Source: a virus
Taxonomy: Duplodnaviria > Caudoviricetes
Length of the DNA stretch: 64,000 bases
Strand: one strand, 5' to 3'
Virus record (IMG/VR): IMGVR_UViG_3300033066_000895
Coordinates: 5,260-69,259 of that record
Below the pieces are notes generated by a model. It was not told the DNA's origin and searched no databases. It worked only from the letters and a program-made list of their open reading frames with translations. Positions within the stretch are counted from its first letter, which is position 1, and the number at the start of each line of letters is the position of its first letter. The position numbers were made by a program, and so were the translations under genes. Shown piece after piece: positions 9,646-18,145 of this stretch.

Positions 9646-10020
9646 CTAGTCTTGGATTTCTGCTGCTACCGTGTTGACATCAACGTCCGTAGCTTGCATT
9701 GCCTTTTTGAGCGTTGCAATGGCGAGGGTATGAGCTTCGCCGTCGTTTAGCTTTTCTCCCTTCTGCTTTGCTGCTCGTTTGGTTTGAATCATAGTACGAT
9801 GAAGTAGGGAGCGTTCGAAAGTACCGTTGTCTTCGTCGTACCGATCAGAGACATAGTTCTTGACTGTCGTTGAGGAAGTAGCAGCACCAAAACATTTGAG
9901 TAGCATTGGTAGGACAATCGAGATGATCGAAATGATCGTAATGGGGTCAAGCCTTGGCAGGCTTCCCGTTGGTAGACTTTCCTGAATTTCTCTTGCTCTT
10001 GCTGTCAGAAGGGGTTCCAT
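9646..10020 (-). CDS. single-TM protein (holin-like?)
   Basis: DPITIISIISIVLPMLLKC hydrophobic helix. Confidence 0.55.
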   Translation of the reverse strand: MEPLLTARAREIQESLPTGSLPRLDPITIISIISIVLPMLLKCFGAATSSTTVKNYVSDRYDEDNGTFERSLLHRTMIQTKRAAKQKGEKLNDGEAHTLAIATLKKAMQATDVDVNTVAAEIQD

Positions 10021-10927
10021 TTTCTTTTTCTTTCTGTTTGGAGTTCTTTCGTGCTTCGACTTCTTTCATCCGTTTTGGCTTCTCTTCTTCGATGGCTTCC
10101 AGAGCATCGGTTTCAAGTCCGAGTGCTCTAAGGATTGCCATACCATCGATATACTCAGCATCGGGACTGAGTTCTAAGTGATTCATGAACAGTTCTTTAG
10201 AGGCATCTGAGGGGAAGATTACGCGAGCGAAGACTTTACCTTGTCGTAAAAAATCTTGTCGTTCCGCAAATTCTTTTTTACGTTCTTTAATCTCGGAGAT
10301 TTCTTCTTCTTGTGCTTCATCGTAATCGGCTTCTTCAGCGTCGTCTGCTGCCGATTCGATGTCTTCGACCATCTCTTCGATTTCAGGAAGGGATTGAGCT
10401 TCTAGGGGGTCAACCATAAACGCAGGAAGGTCAACACCGCGATCCATGTGTAGAAGTTCAAGACTAGAGAAATCAAAACCAGTGTGTGAAAGATCAACAT
10501 CCGGCATCGATAAGAGTTCATCCAGTTTCTCAATATCCCACGTACCCTTCAGTGCTTCGTTGTTGAGAGCAATGTTGATTTCGATTTCGCGTTCGAGAGG
10601 GACATCAATGACCGAGGCAACCATCGTGTAATCGGCATGACCCTTCAGGATGTCTTCCTGAGCGATCCGCTTGTGACCGCCGACAATGTTTCCGGTTCGG
10701 AGATTCCAGATGGGGGCTTCAATCAGACCACCAGTTAACTTGATGGATTCCCTGAGTTTCTTTTGAGTGACAGGATCGGACTGTTGAGGATTGTAGGGAG
10801 CGTTCTTGAACTTGCTACGGTGAAGGACATGGTAACGGCTACCATCACCAGACCCTTTGATGCCGTCAGGTAAACCTTCGGTTTTTGGGGAAGAATTAGT
10901 GACCGCTTTTTTGGTTTGCTTTTTCAT
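9947..10927 (-). CDS. ParB/Srx-like N-terminal domain protein
   Basis: APYNPQ, IWNLRTGNIVGGHKR, NIALNN..GTWD motifs; acidic linker. Confidence 0.8.
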   Translation of the reverse strand: MKKQTKKAVTNSSPKTEGLPDGIKGSGDGSRYHVLHRSKFKNAPYNPQQSDPVTQKKLRESIKLTGGLIEAPIWNLRTGNIVGGHKRIAQEDILKGHADYTMVASVIDVPLEREIEINIALNNEALKGTWDIEKLDELLSMPDVDLSHTGFDFSSLELLHMDRGVDLPAFMVDPLEAQSLPEIEEMVEDIESAADDAEEADYDEAQEEEISEIKERKKEFAERQDFLRQGKVFARVIFPSDASKELFMNHLELSPDAEYIDGMAILRALGLETDALEAIEEEKPKRMKEVEARKNSKQKEKENGTPSDSKSKRNSGKSTNGKPAKA

Positions 10928-11034
10928 ATGGGAATAGTCTTCTGAAATAGGATTGGTATTTTGGACAGTATTTGCAGTGAGTGGGGTAAACTGCTTTTAA
11001 GCACTGTTTACCGCACGGACAGGTAATAGTGATT

Positions 11035-11832
11035 TCAGTACTCGATGTTTGACTGATTTTGGATTTTGAGTTTTGCTCTAACCTCATCCCGGAACCTCGC
11101 GTCTTCTATGAAAGGGAACAGGTGTTTAACCCGAGCATAATCATTTGGATAGTGCCGCTGCAAGTGGGAGATGAAAACAGGGTTGGTTAGTTCGATGCCT
11201 GATGCTTTGTTGTAGTTATTCCCGAACATGTCTGGAGTTGGCAGGTGTCGTTCCTTGAGGTAAGAGAAGACGTTGTGAGAGGACCATTTGTAGATTGGAT
11301 AGACGCGGTAGATTGGTTCTCGCGTCTTCTCTCCATACTGCCAGAATCCACTGCATTGATGAAGCATGCCCCTCCTGTGAAGTGAATCAGAGATACGATG
11401 TCCTCCCGCGATCCACTTTGCTCCCGTCTTCATCCGAGCAACCTTCTCAGTCTTCTTGGCTGTCCACATTGACTTTGGACCTAGGCGTTCGATGATCGAA
11501 GGGGTAAGTGATCTGCCGGTACAGTTGCGGAGGAATTCAGCTAATCCGTAGTGAGGGATTTTGACGATTTGAGGCATGTCTTTATAGAAATGCTGAATTT
11601 TATTGAGAATTGCATTCTCGCATTCTAGGTCTTTAATCCAGTAGAGGTAGAAGGGGTGGACGTTCTTTTGTCCGAAGTACTGGATGCATAGGTCGAGTGT
11701 GGCGATCGAGTCTTTACCGCCTGAGAGAGCAGCAGCGATCTTGGTGTGTCCTGTTGCACGGACTTTATCGAGGAGAGCGTAAGCGTCCCGAATGGGGGTA
11801 CGAGTTGTCGTTTCTGATTTGTCGATAGGCAT
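11035..11832 (-). CDS. PAPS reductase-family (PP-loop) protein
   Basis: ALSGGKDS PP-loop, GGHRISDSLHRR, YPIYKWS..VFSYL. Confidence 0.85.
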   Translation of the reverse strand: MPIDKSETTTRTPIRDAYALLDKVRATGHTKIAAALSGGKDSIATLDLCIQYFGQKNVHPFYLYWIKDLECENAILNKIQHFYKDMPQIVKIPHYGLAEFLRNCTGRSLTPSIIERLGPKSMWTAKKTEKVARMKTGAKWIAGGHRISDSLHRRGMLHQCSGFWQYGEKTREPIYRVYPIYKWSSHNVFSYLKERHLPTPDMFGNNYNKASGIELTNPVFISHLQRHYPNDYARVKHLFPFIEDARFRDEVRAKLKIQNQSNIEY

Positions 11833-11929
11833 ATTTCCTCCAAAGGCGAAGCTGCTACGTGAAATAACCTCTTGGGGTATTTAATCCCAAGAGGTTACAG
11901 AGCATCTGGAAAGAGCTAGTAAACAGATG

Positions 11930-12358
11930 CTACTTGGATTTGTCGAGACCGCTCACGTTTCGTTTGATACGTGCTGACTGAGTTGATCGGTTCAGAACTG
12001 GGGCACCTTTCTCATTACGGGTAGCAAGCTTGCCACGGACAAGCTTGTTACCGATCTGACCCCGGATCTTGGCAGCGGCAGCTTTGTTGCCGGAAGCAAC
12101 AGCTTTTCGCAGCTTTGATTGGAGGGTACGGGAAGTGCCTTTCTTACCAGCACCACCAGTAACAGCTTTACGGGCAGCGGTAGCAGTTGCACCAGTCACA
12201 ACACCGGATTCGGCACGACGAGCACCAAAACCGGCAATACGCTTGCTTCGTGCTTTCTTTGCTGCTGCCGAGCCTAGACCACGAGAACCGTATTTCTTTT
12301 TTGCTTTACGGTCGATCTTGCCAGCAACTTTCTCTGCTGCTGATTTCTTTTTAGCCAT
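11930..12358 (-). CDS. very basic K/R/A/G-rich histone-like protein
   Basis: MAKKKSAAEK...; almost no acidic residues. Confidence 0.6.
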   Translation of the reverse strand: MAKKKSAAEKVAGKIDRKAKKKYGSRGLGSAAAKKARSKRIAGFGARRAESGVVTGATATAARKAVTGGAGKKGTSRTLQSKLRKAVASGNKAAAAKIRGQIGNKLVRGKLATRNEKGAPVLNRSTQSARIKRNVSGLDKSK

Positions 12359-12412
12359 GAAAAAAATCCTCACTGGGTAACACTGACTCTAGGGAGTCAT
12401 GCTTCAGTGAGG

Positions 12413-12441
12413 AGTATGGAGGGAATGCGGGTTGATGTCAA
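12413..12441 (-). promoter_or_regulatory. sigma70-like promoter for the histone-like/PAPS reductase/ParB operon
   Basis: TTGACA-17-CATACT. Confidence 0.65.
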
Positions 12442-12460
12442 GTCGGATTGTAGTACAAAT

Positions 12461-12685
12461 TTAATTAGAGGAGGGATTCGTCTGGGATTTAAACGAAGGG
12501 GGTTCGACTCCCGCCATCATTCTGGTCGACTCTTTCATTAAAGAGCTAAGGACTTGACCATTCTCATCTGAGTGAGTGACCACTACAGGCATATTAGTCG
12601 AATCTGTTCGTGCAATGGTCCCTAACCAACAAAAGAACTGATCCCAGAAATCAGGATCGTTTGAGTGGACAGAGACGACAGACAT
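12461..12685 (-). CDS. hypothetical protein
   Basis: 74-aa ORF. Confidence 0.4.
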   Translation of the reverse strand: MSVVSVHSNDPDFWDQFFCWLGTIARTDSTNMPVVVTHSDENGQVLSSLMKESTRMMAGVEPPSFKSQTNPSSN

Positions 12686-12716
12686 AGGAGGTGGGTTCTT
12701 GGGAATGATTTCCTTT

Positions 12717-12941
12717 CTAAAAACCGCAGTATGAAGCAGTTATTATTTCCCTCTTTCCTTCATCAGTAAGGGGGGAGCACGTTGTTTTGTTTTTGTCTTT
12801 CCATATACCATGATCTATCAAGTCGTACTTAGCAGCAATATTTCGTGCTATTTGTTCTGTCTCTGCTCGGATTACAAAATCAATATAACCATCTTGGGAT
12901 GCTTTGAGTTCTGCAATTCGTTTCAAGTACCATATCCTCAT
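12717..12941 (-). CDS. hypothetical protein
   Basis: Start MRIWYL via ATGA overlap with the ASCH gene. Confidence 0.6.
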   Translation of the reverse strand: MRIWYLKRIAELKASQDGYIDFVIRAETEQIARNIAAKYDLIDHGIWKDKNKTTCSPLTDEGKREIITASYCGF

Positions 12942-13489
12942 TCTGGATACCTCCACAAACGCAATTTGCCTTTAACTGTGATCGGCTTATCGAGCATGAC
13001 AGGGTTTGCAAAAATCCAATGAACTGTGCCGTTACGTTGTTCTGCATCGCCTAGATTATGCTTAGGACGTTGAGCAGTGTAAACGTTTGCCAAGTCTTTT
13101 AAACGGTTTCGATGACCTCTCCATTGAGCCTCAATAGCATGATATTGAGCGTAGTTAAATCGAGGGAGGTTTAGTCGTTTCCATCCGCATAGAGTCGCAT
13201 AGCCAATAATAGCACCATGTCGACAATCCCGTATCGATAATCCGTTCTCTTCATACTCTTCAAACGCTGACGCGGTACCGGATGCATGGATGAGAATGAT
13301 TGATCCCGGTTTGCAGTCTGGAATCCAAGATCGATTTTCAATCCATTTGATCCCGTATTCTGGATTTTTGGGATGAGGTGTCACCATCAATTGAGCGTAG
13401 GGTTGACGGACGCTAAGGACTAATTTTGACGGAAGAGTCTGACGGATTCTTGCGGATGGTTTTGTTTTCGCTTTCGATGTTCCGTTCAT
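12938..13489 (-). CDS. ASCH domain protein
   Basis: LSVRQPYAQL, GIKWIENRSW, IHAS, GAIIGYA, HWIFANPV..KPI.VKGKLRLW. Confidence 0.85.
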   Translation of the reverse strand: MNGTSKAKTKPSARIRQTLPSKLVLSVRQPYAQLMVTPHPKNPEYGIKWIENRSWIPDCKPGSIILIHASGTASAFEEYEENGLSIRDCRHGAIIGYATLCGWKRLNLPRFNYAQYHAIEAQWRGHRNRLKDLANVYTAQRPKHNLGDAEQRNGTVHWIFANPVMLDKPITVKGKLRLWRYPE

Positions 13490-13664
13490 AGTCTTCTTGT
13501 CCGATCTGGTTGATGATCTTGAATTTGATTGCTTCTCGAATCCACGTTGATAGCTCCATGTTCTCCAGTGTCGCACAGGAGCGGCAGAGTTCTTGGAGTT
13601 CGGGAGAGATACGGACTTCGAACTTCGGATATTTTCGAAGTTTTTCCGGTTTACTGCTTTTCAT
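13413..13664 (-). CDS. ribbon-helix-helix (CopG/Arc-like) regulator
   Basis: KFEVRISPEL...ELSTWIREAI; transcribed divergently from the early operon. Confidence 0.65.
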   Translation of the reverse strand: MKSSKPEKLRKYPKFEVRISPELQELCRSCATLENMELSTWIREAIKFKIINQIGQEDYERNIESENKTIRKNPSDSSVKISP

Positions 13665-13715
13665 TTAATTTTGTCGCCTTTCGGTGAGGGAAAACGGATT
13701 GCCGTAATTCTATTC

Positions 13716-13745
13716 ACTGTAACATTGTCGGACAAGCCGACACAA
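13716..13745 (-). promoter_or_regulatory. leftward promoter, CGGCT class, with TGTCGGACA palindrome in the spacer
   Basis: TTGTGT-18-TACAGT. Confidence 0.5.
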
Positions 13746-13792
13746 GAGCAGAAATATTTTTTATTTTTTTCTGGATTTTGTCATACAGACGC

Positions 13793-13820
13793 TGGACAAG
13801 AGCCGATACAGAGGTATAAT
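13793..13820 (+). promoter_or_regulatory. rightward promoter of the early operon
   Basis: TGGACA-16-TATAAT. Confidence 0.55.
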
Positions 13821-13873
13821 AAGGCCGTCACGCAACGAACGACAGACAGACAAAACAACTGAAAGGAAACGAA

Positions 13874-14107
13874 ATGAATCAGAGACAACAAAAGATTCTG
13901 AAAGCGATCTATGAAGGTCAATGCTATCTGTTTGAGTTGTACGAGTTCTTCAAAGCAAAGCGTACATACGTTCAAATCGATAAGGACATTCAGGTACTAG
14001 AATCTCTTGGATACGTGAAGACTCACGAGCGAAACGAAGCTGGATTGTCGATCCAGTTCTATACAACCAACGTCGGCGATATGCTCGCCTCACCTGTCAA
14101 AATCTAA
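13874..14107 (+). CDS. winged-helix-like small protein
   Basis: RQQKILKAI...DKDIQVLESLGYVK; AAAGGA RBS. Confidence 0.6.
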   Translation: MNQRQQKILKAIYEGQCYLFELYEFFKAKRTYVQIDKDIQVLESLGYVKTHERNEAGLSIQFYTTNVGDMLASPVKI

Positions 14108-14176
14108 TTGACCTTCTACTCACCGGATGGTTTACCGTCCGGTCTGTTGAATGCCAATTACTCGAAAGGAAACCAA

Positions 14177-14398
14177 ATGAAAATCTTCTCAATCGTCCGA
14201 ATCACGAAACCGACCGCTATCGTCTCTTGGGATTACGGACGAATTGAAGTCAATCACTCGGACGATGAATTGACAGCAGATAGACTGTGCAGTCAGTACA
14301 ACGATTGCAGAGGATGCCAAGCAGACCACTATCACTACGAAGTCGAATCAATCGATGAAATGTCACCTGAACGAGCACCAGCAACAGCAAGCTACTAG
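14177..14398 (+). CDS. hypothetical early protein
   Basis: AAAGGA RBS before MKIFS. Confidence 0.6.
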   Translation: MKIFSIVRITKPTAIVSWDYGRIEVNHSDDELTADRLCSQYNDCRGCQADHYHYEVESIDEMSPERAPATASY

Positions 14399-14405
14399 GA
14401 ACATC

Positions 14406-14630
14406 ATGCAGCACCAACAACACGAAATCAAGATTGTTGTCTTCACCTCCCGTATGGACGGTACTTTCGTTGCCGATATTTACTATGGATCAATCCGCGT
14501 TCACTGTGGCGGTGGTCCTATCGGTCAGACGTACACTCAAGCGTATGACGGAGCGTTGAAGTGGCTTGATAGTGTCGATGGACGAGTCGTCCTCGATCAC
14601 CTCATCCGTACCAATTCCAAGACCGAATAA
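14406..14630 (+). CDS. hypothetical early protein
   Basis: AGGA RBS before MQHQQ. Confidence 0.55.
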   Translation: MQHQQHEIKIVVFTSRMDGTFVADIYYGSIRVHCGGGPIGQTYTQAYDGALKWLDSVDGRVVLDHLIRTNSKTE

Positions 14631-14649
14631 CACCTCCTGAAAGGAAATC

Positions 14650-14925
14650 ATGACCACACGAACCAAGAAAACTGAAGTACCACCAGTCAAGGTATCAGGC
14701 AGTAAAGCCGCACGAGTCGCGAGGATTGTCGAATTGCGAGCACAGGCCAAAGCTTGCTATCAGGAGGCAGAAGCAATCGAATCCGGTCTTATGGACCGAA
14801 TGTCAGTCGGTGATCGTGTCAACCTGCCAGACGGTCGCGTAGCTCAACTGGTAGACAATTTCGCCGAGAAGAATATCGTCTGGTGTCATGCCTCTAGTCG
14901 ACGATTCGAAATTAAGGTTGTTTGA
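14650..14925 (+). CDS. hypothetical early protein
   Basis: AAGGA RBS. Confidence 0.65.
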   Translation: MTTRTKKTEVPPVKVSGSKAARVARIVELRAQAKACYQEAEAIESGLMDRMSVGDRVNLPDGRVAQLVDNFAEKNIVWCHASSRRFEIKVV

Positions 14926-15004
14926 TCCTTCTGCTATGCCGATTCTAAGGGATCGGCAGTGTTGAGTGATCCGGTAATCAGCTTCGCTTTCTGGAGAGAA
15001 ATAC

Positions 15005-15214
15005 ATGTCTACACAAGAGCAACTAGAAGCACTACAAGCGATCGGATTCGATGGCAGCTATATCACCGAATCAAAGGATATCCGCATTCGTTGCTCCCAG
15101 TGCGATGCACTGGTCATCCAAGGCATTCCCTGCCATGAGGTCGGATGTCCGAATGTCGTGAAGGATGACGATGAAGACGGTAACGAATTCTATGAGGATG
15201 AATTTCCTATCTGA
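15005..15214 (+). CDS. small Cys/His Zn-binding protein
   Basis: RCSQC...PCHEVGCP; GGAG RBS lies within a dispersed hairpin motif. Confidence 0.65.
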   Translation: MSTQEQLEALQAIGFDGSYITESKDIRIRCSQCDALVIQGIPCHEVGCPNVVKDDDEDGNEFYEDEFPI

Positions 15215-15225
15215 AAGGAATTGGC

Positions 15226-15315
15226 ATGGAAGCCATACTGCTTTACATGATTGCAGGTCTGACTGTGGTCTGGATGGTTTTGGTTTACACGTTGTTCAAA
15301 CTGTATTGGAAATAG
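15226..15315 (+). CDS. 29-aa single-TM peptide
   Basis: MEAILLYMIAGLTVVWMVLVYTLFKLYWK*; AAAGGA RBS. Confidence 0.5.
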   Translation: MEAILLYMIAGLTVVWMVLVYTLFKLYWK

Positions 15316-15316
15316 A

Positions 15317-15793
15317 ATGATTCCTGCTAGCGTCCTTACGAGAGATCAGAAGAAACAAACCGAGTACCGCCCCATCAGTGGCTACGGTACTAACGGACGA
15401 ATTAGAGTCAATCTTCAGTATGATGATTCATGTAGAAATGGCCATAACTCTTTCGCTATTACTGCGGAAGTCATTACACGAGAGTCATTGAGACAGAAAG
15501 ATATCGCTGCTGGTGGATGCCTTCACGAAGATATCGCAGCAGTATTTCCCGAGTACCAGAAGTACATCAAATGGCACTTAATGTCATCTAGTGAACCAAT
15601 GTACTACGTTGCAAATACTATTTACTGGATAGAAGAAGGAAACTTCAACAATGCCCGATCGTCTGCTGTCTGGCCAGAAGCAACAGATGAGGATTTGCGA
15701 CTTGAAGGGATCAAGGATCGATTAAATAACCGTCTGGAATCATTGCTGAATGAGTTCAAAACAGCGATGGAAGAACTGGGATTCGTTTACTGA
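15317..15793 (+). CDS. hypothetical early protein
   Basis: 158-aa ORF ending before a terminator. Confidence 0.65.
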   Translation: MIPASVLTRDQKKQTEYRPISGYGTNGRIRVNLQYDDSCRNGHNSFAITAEVITRESLRQKDIAAGGCLHEDIAAVFPEYQKYIKWHLMSSSEPMYYVANTIYWIEEGNFNNARSSAVWPEATDEDLRLEGIKDRLNNRLESLLNEFKTAMEELGFVY

Positions 15794-15815
15794 CGGTTGT
15801 TGTCAGATACCAATA

Positions 15816-15850
15816 GAAAAAGCCTCTAGCGAGTGACTAGAGGCTTTTTC
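15816..15850. terminator. bidirectional intrinsic terminator
   Basis: GAAAAAGCCTCTAG-CGAGTGA-CTAGAGGCTTTTTC between convergent operons. Confidence 0.85.
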
Positions 15851-15942
15851 GTTGGCGGTTTACAGGTACAGAAACCGATCAGCTATTCCGGTCGTCTTCT
15901 ATCGAGCCTCAGTCTGTTCCCTGCTGCCGTGATCTGAGCACT
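15816..15942 (-). ncRNA. candidate ~125-nt small RNA
   Basis: TTGACT-18-TATCTT promoter (15949-15978) followed by an ATG-free tract ending at the terminator. Confidence 0.3.
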
Positions 15943-16018
15943 AGACTGAAGATATCAAATCTCGTGCCGACAAGTCAAGAGAATTGACACAGAGGCGGGA
16001 TAAAGGTTCAGGGAGGTA

Positions 16019-16402
16019 TTAACCTTGTCCGGTTGTCGTGACTGGTACTACCTGTTCGACGTAGGCGATACCGCTTACTGTGCCAGCACTTGAGGTAAAT
16101 TTCAAGTCTTCGGCAACGTTGGTTTCCGCCCAAGGATAGGCAGAATCTCTTTTAAATGTTCCGTTCGGACATGGCAGGACGAATGGCCAAGCGGCGAGCG
16201 TCATTGCCCCAGTGATTGCATTTGCGGCAGACAGTATGGTCAAAGTCTGAGCAGTGGATGCGGAGAGGATTAAACCCCACAGGCGAATGACGGTCCCCGC
16301 CGTTCCAGCCAGTACAACGAAATTACCTGATCCTGCCGAGATGATAACAGGAGTCAGCTTGATAGGGATCGGACGGATATTGATTACTGTTGGTGCTGGC
16401 AT
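16019..16402 (-). CDS. putative virion protein (beta-rich)
   Basis: Composition and position in the tail-fibre cassette. Confidence 0.55.
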   Translation of the reverse strand: MPAPTVINIRPIPIKLTPVIISAGSGNFVVLAGTAGTVIRLWGLILSASTAQTLTILSAANAITGAMTLAAWPFVLPCPNGTFKRDSAYPWAETNVAEDLKFTSSAGTVSGIAYVEQVVPVTTTGQG

Positions 16403-16411
16403 TGGTAAACC

Positions 16412-17185
16412 TTATGCGGCTGATTGTGTGATAGTGGGAGAGATGACAAAGTTACCTTGGACGGGAATTGATGTTGATGCTGCTTTGATGACTTTAACGT
16501 CCCAAATGCAAGTATGAGACTTGAGGAGTGCCGAAACAGTCGACACGAACGATACCGTTATCGTCCCTGTAGAAGCATCAGAGACCGTAATGCTGCCATC
16601 TCCGGCAGATACTCCGTCAGTTGATCCGTTGACGATCGATAGACCATTAGAGCCACCAGACGCGAATAGACGCATCTGAATGATAGAAGCGGAGTCTGGA
16701 TCAGAAAGCCTAGTCTTGACGGTAAAGATCAATTCTGTCCATCCGGTAATTGTACCGATAACGAGTTCTTTACTGAATGTGCAACCAATCTGACAAGGAA
16801 TCGCATTTGGTGTTGATAGTGCTCTTGCCTGATCTGGCGTAATCGACAGATAGGAATTGATAGACACCAGAGGACTGACGCCCGCTGCAATTTCTCCTGC
16901 CGTTGGGCCAGATACGATATCGTAGTAGCCAGCGACTTCAGCAAGGTCGACTTTGAATGTCCCGATGTAATTCCCGTTGTCGAACATCTCAACCCAGTAT
17001 CCACTACCAGTAGTAACAACGTCAGTCATTGAAAACTGGTAAAGACGTGTGTTCGTACCAACAGTACCCGTCAGAACTCCGCTTGTATTGAGAGCAGGGG
17101 TTCCAAGGGCACGTGTGTAGACATTACAGGCCATCGTGTGACCGCGGAACCACGGGAACTGTAATATCTTGGTAACTGCGGGCAT
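16412..17185 (-). CDS. putative baseplate/adaptor protein with BppU-like C-terminal domain
   Basis: FTVKT..SDPD...DASTGTITVSF...WDVKV...QGNFVISPTIT pattern. Confidence 0.55.
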   Translation of the reverse strand: MPAVTKILQFPWFRGHTMACNVYTRALGTPALNTSGVLTGTVGTNTRLYQFSMTDVVTTGSGYWVEMFDNGNYIGTFKVDLAEVAGYYDIVSGPTAGEIAAGVSPLVSINSYLSITPDQARALSTPNAIPCQIGCTFSKELVIGTITGWTELIFTVKTRLSDPDSASIIQMRLFASGGSNGLSIVNGSTDGVSAGDGSITVSDASTGTITVSFVSTVSALLKSHTCIWDVKVIKAASTSIPVQGNFVISPTITQSAA

Positions 17186-17213
17186 TTAAAGCTTCGCTTT
17201 CTGGGTGGAAATA

Positions 17214-17582
17214 CTAAGAAGCGGTAGTCTGTTCGGTAACCGCTTTTTCAGCTTTGTCTGCTTTTTCTTTTTCGGACTGTGCGAGAACAAAAGCTTTTTG
17301 GAGTTGTCCCTTAATGATTGCACCGACCCCCGCATTGTCAACTTCTTGTCGTAGGTCGTGAAATTGTGCTTCGGTCAGTTCGAGAATCGGCTTTGCCTGT
17401 CTGTCTCTAAGAATCCACATGTATTCAACCATCTGCATTGGATTCTTACTTGCGGAAGGACTTAGGACAAAGTTACACAGACACCACGCAAGGTCAGCCC
17501 CCGGTTTATCTGCGATCACTGGTCGATTGTTATCGAAGTTCTGTAGCTTGGGGGATAGGTCAAGAAAATACTTGTCTGACAT
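17214..17582 (-). CDS. hypothetical protein (tail-fibre assembly-like)
   Basis: Downstream of tail fibre; start MSDKYF. Confidence 0.5.
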   Translation of the reverse strand: MSDKYFLDLSPKLQNFDNNRPVIADKPGADLAWCLCNFVLSPSASKNPMQMVEYMWILRDRQAKPILELTEAQFHDLRQEVDNAGVGAIIKGQLQKAFVLAQSEKEKADKAEKAVTEQTTAS

Positions 17583-17645
17583 GTCTTCTTCTTTCGTAAA
17601 CAGCAAATTTGATAACCACTCGGCTACCGAAGTATACTTTAGCGG

Positions 17646-18134
17646 CTAGCTTTGTTCAACTTCTGGTCTTTGGTCAAGCGGGCGGAAATCGATCGGAGTT
17701 TCGTCTAGAAAGATGATCCCTGACATATCATCTCTCCATTTGTATCTCCAACCGGGAGTTTCGTACTCATGGTAGATGAATCCTTCTGGGGTCTTTTGCT
17801 CCAATGGATCGTATCGACCGTCACTGAAAGCGTTCTTGTCGTAATCCAGAAGGTAGAGATAGCGGCTATATGTTTTTTGAAATGAGTACTGTAGGGCATT
17901 TAACCCCGGAATGACTTTGTTTTCGTTATCGAGAGCAGGCATCTCTGCCCACATGTCATAACGTGTCTGCATATCCTCCCGAGTCCAGTTTTCAGGGTTG
18001 GAGTATTTCCACCATCGTTTGAAGTTAGCAATCATGGATTCGAACTCTTCTTGAACGCCCATGATAAAAGCGTCTAAGTGATTTCTGATCCCTTCTTGTG
18101 GATCGGCGGGTTTTTCAGGACGAGCGAGAACCAT
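17646..18134 (-). CDS. hypothetical protein (tail-fibre associated)
   Basis: Immediately downstream of the fibre gene. Confidence 0.55.
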   Translation of the reverse strand: MVLARPEKPADPQEGIRNHLDAFIMGVQEEFESMIANFKRWWKYSNPENWTREDMQTRYDMWAEMPALDNENKVIPGLNALQYSFQKTYSRYLYLLDYDKNAFSDGRYDPLEQKTPEGFIYHEYETPGWRYKWRDDMSGIIFLDETPIDFRPLDQRPEVEQS

Positions 18135-18145
18135 TTAATTTTTCC

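Noticed and set aside
12498-12518. GGGGTTCGACTCCCGCCATC resembles a tmRNA/tRNA T-arm and 3' end (possible attP)
   Set aside because: No acceptor stem, CCA end or upstream cloverleaf; no integrase in the window; it may simply encode MAGVEP on the minus strand
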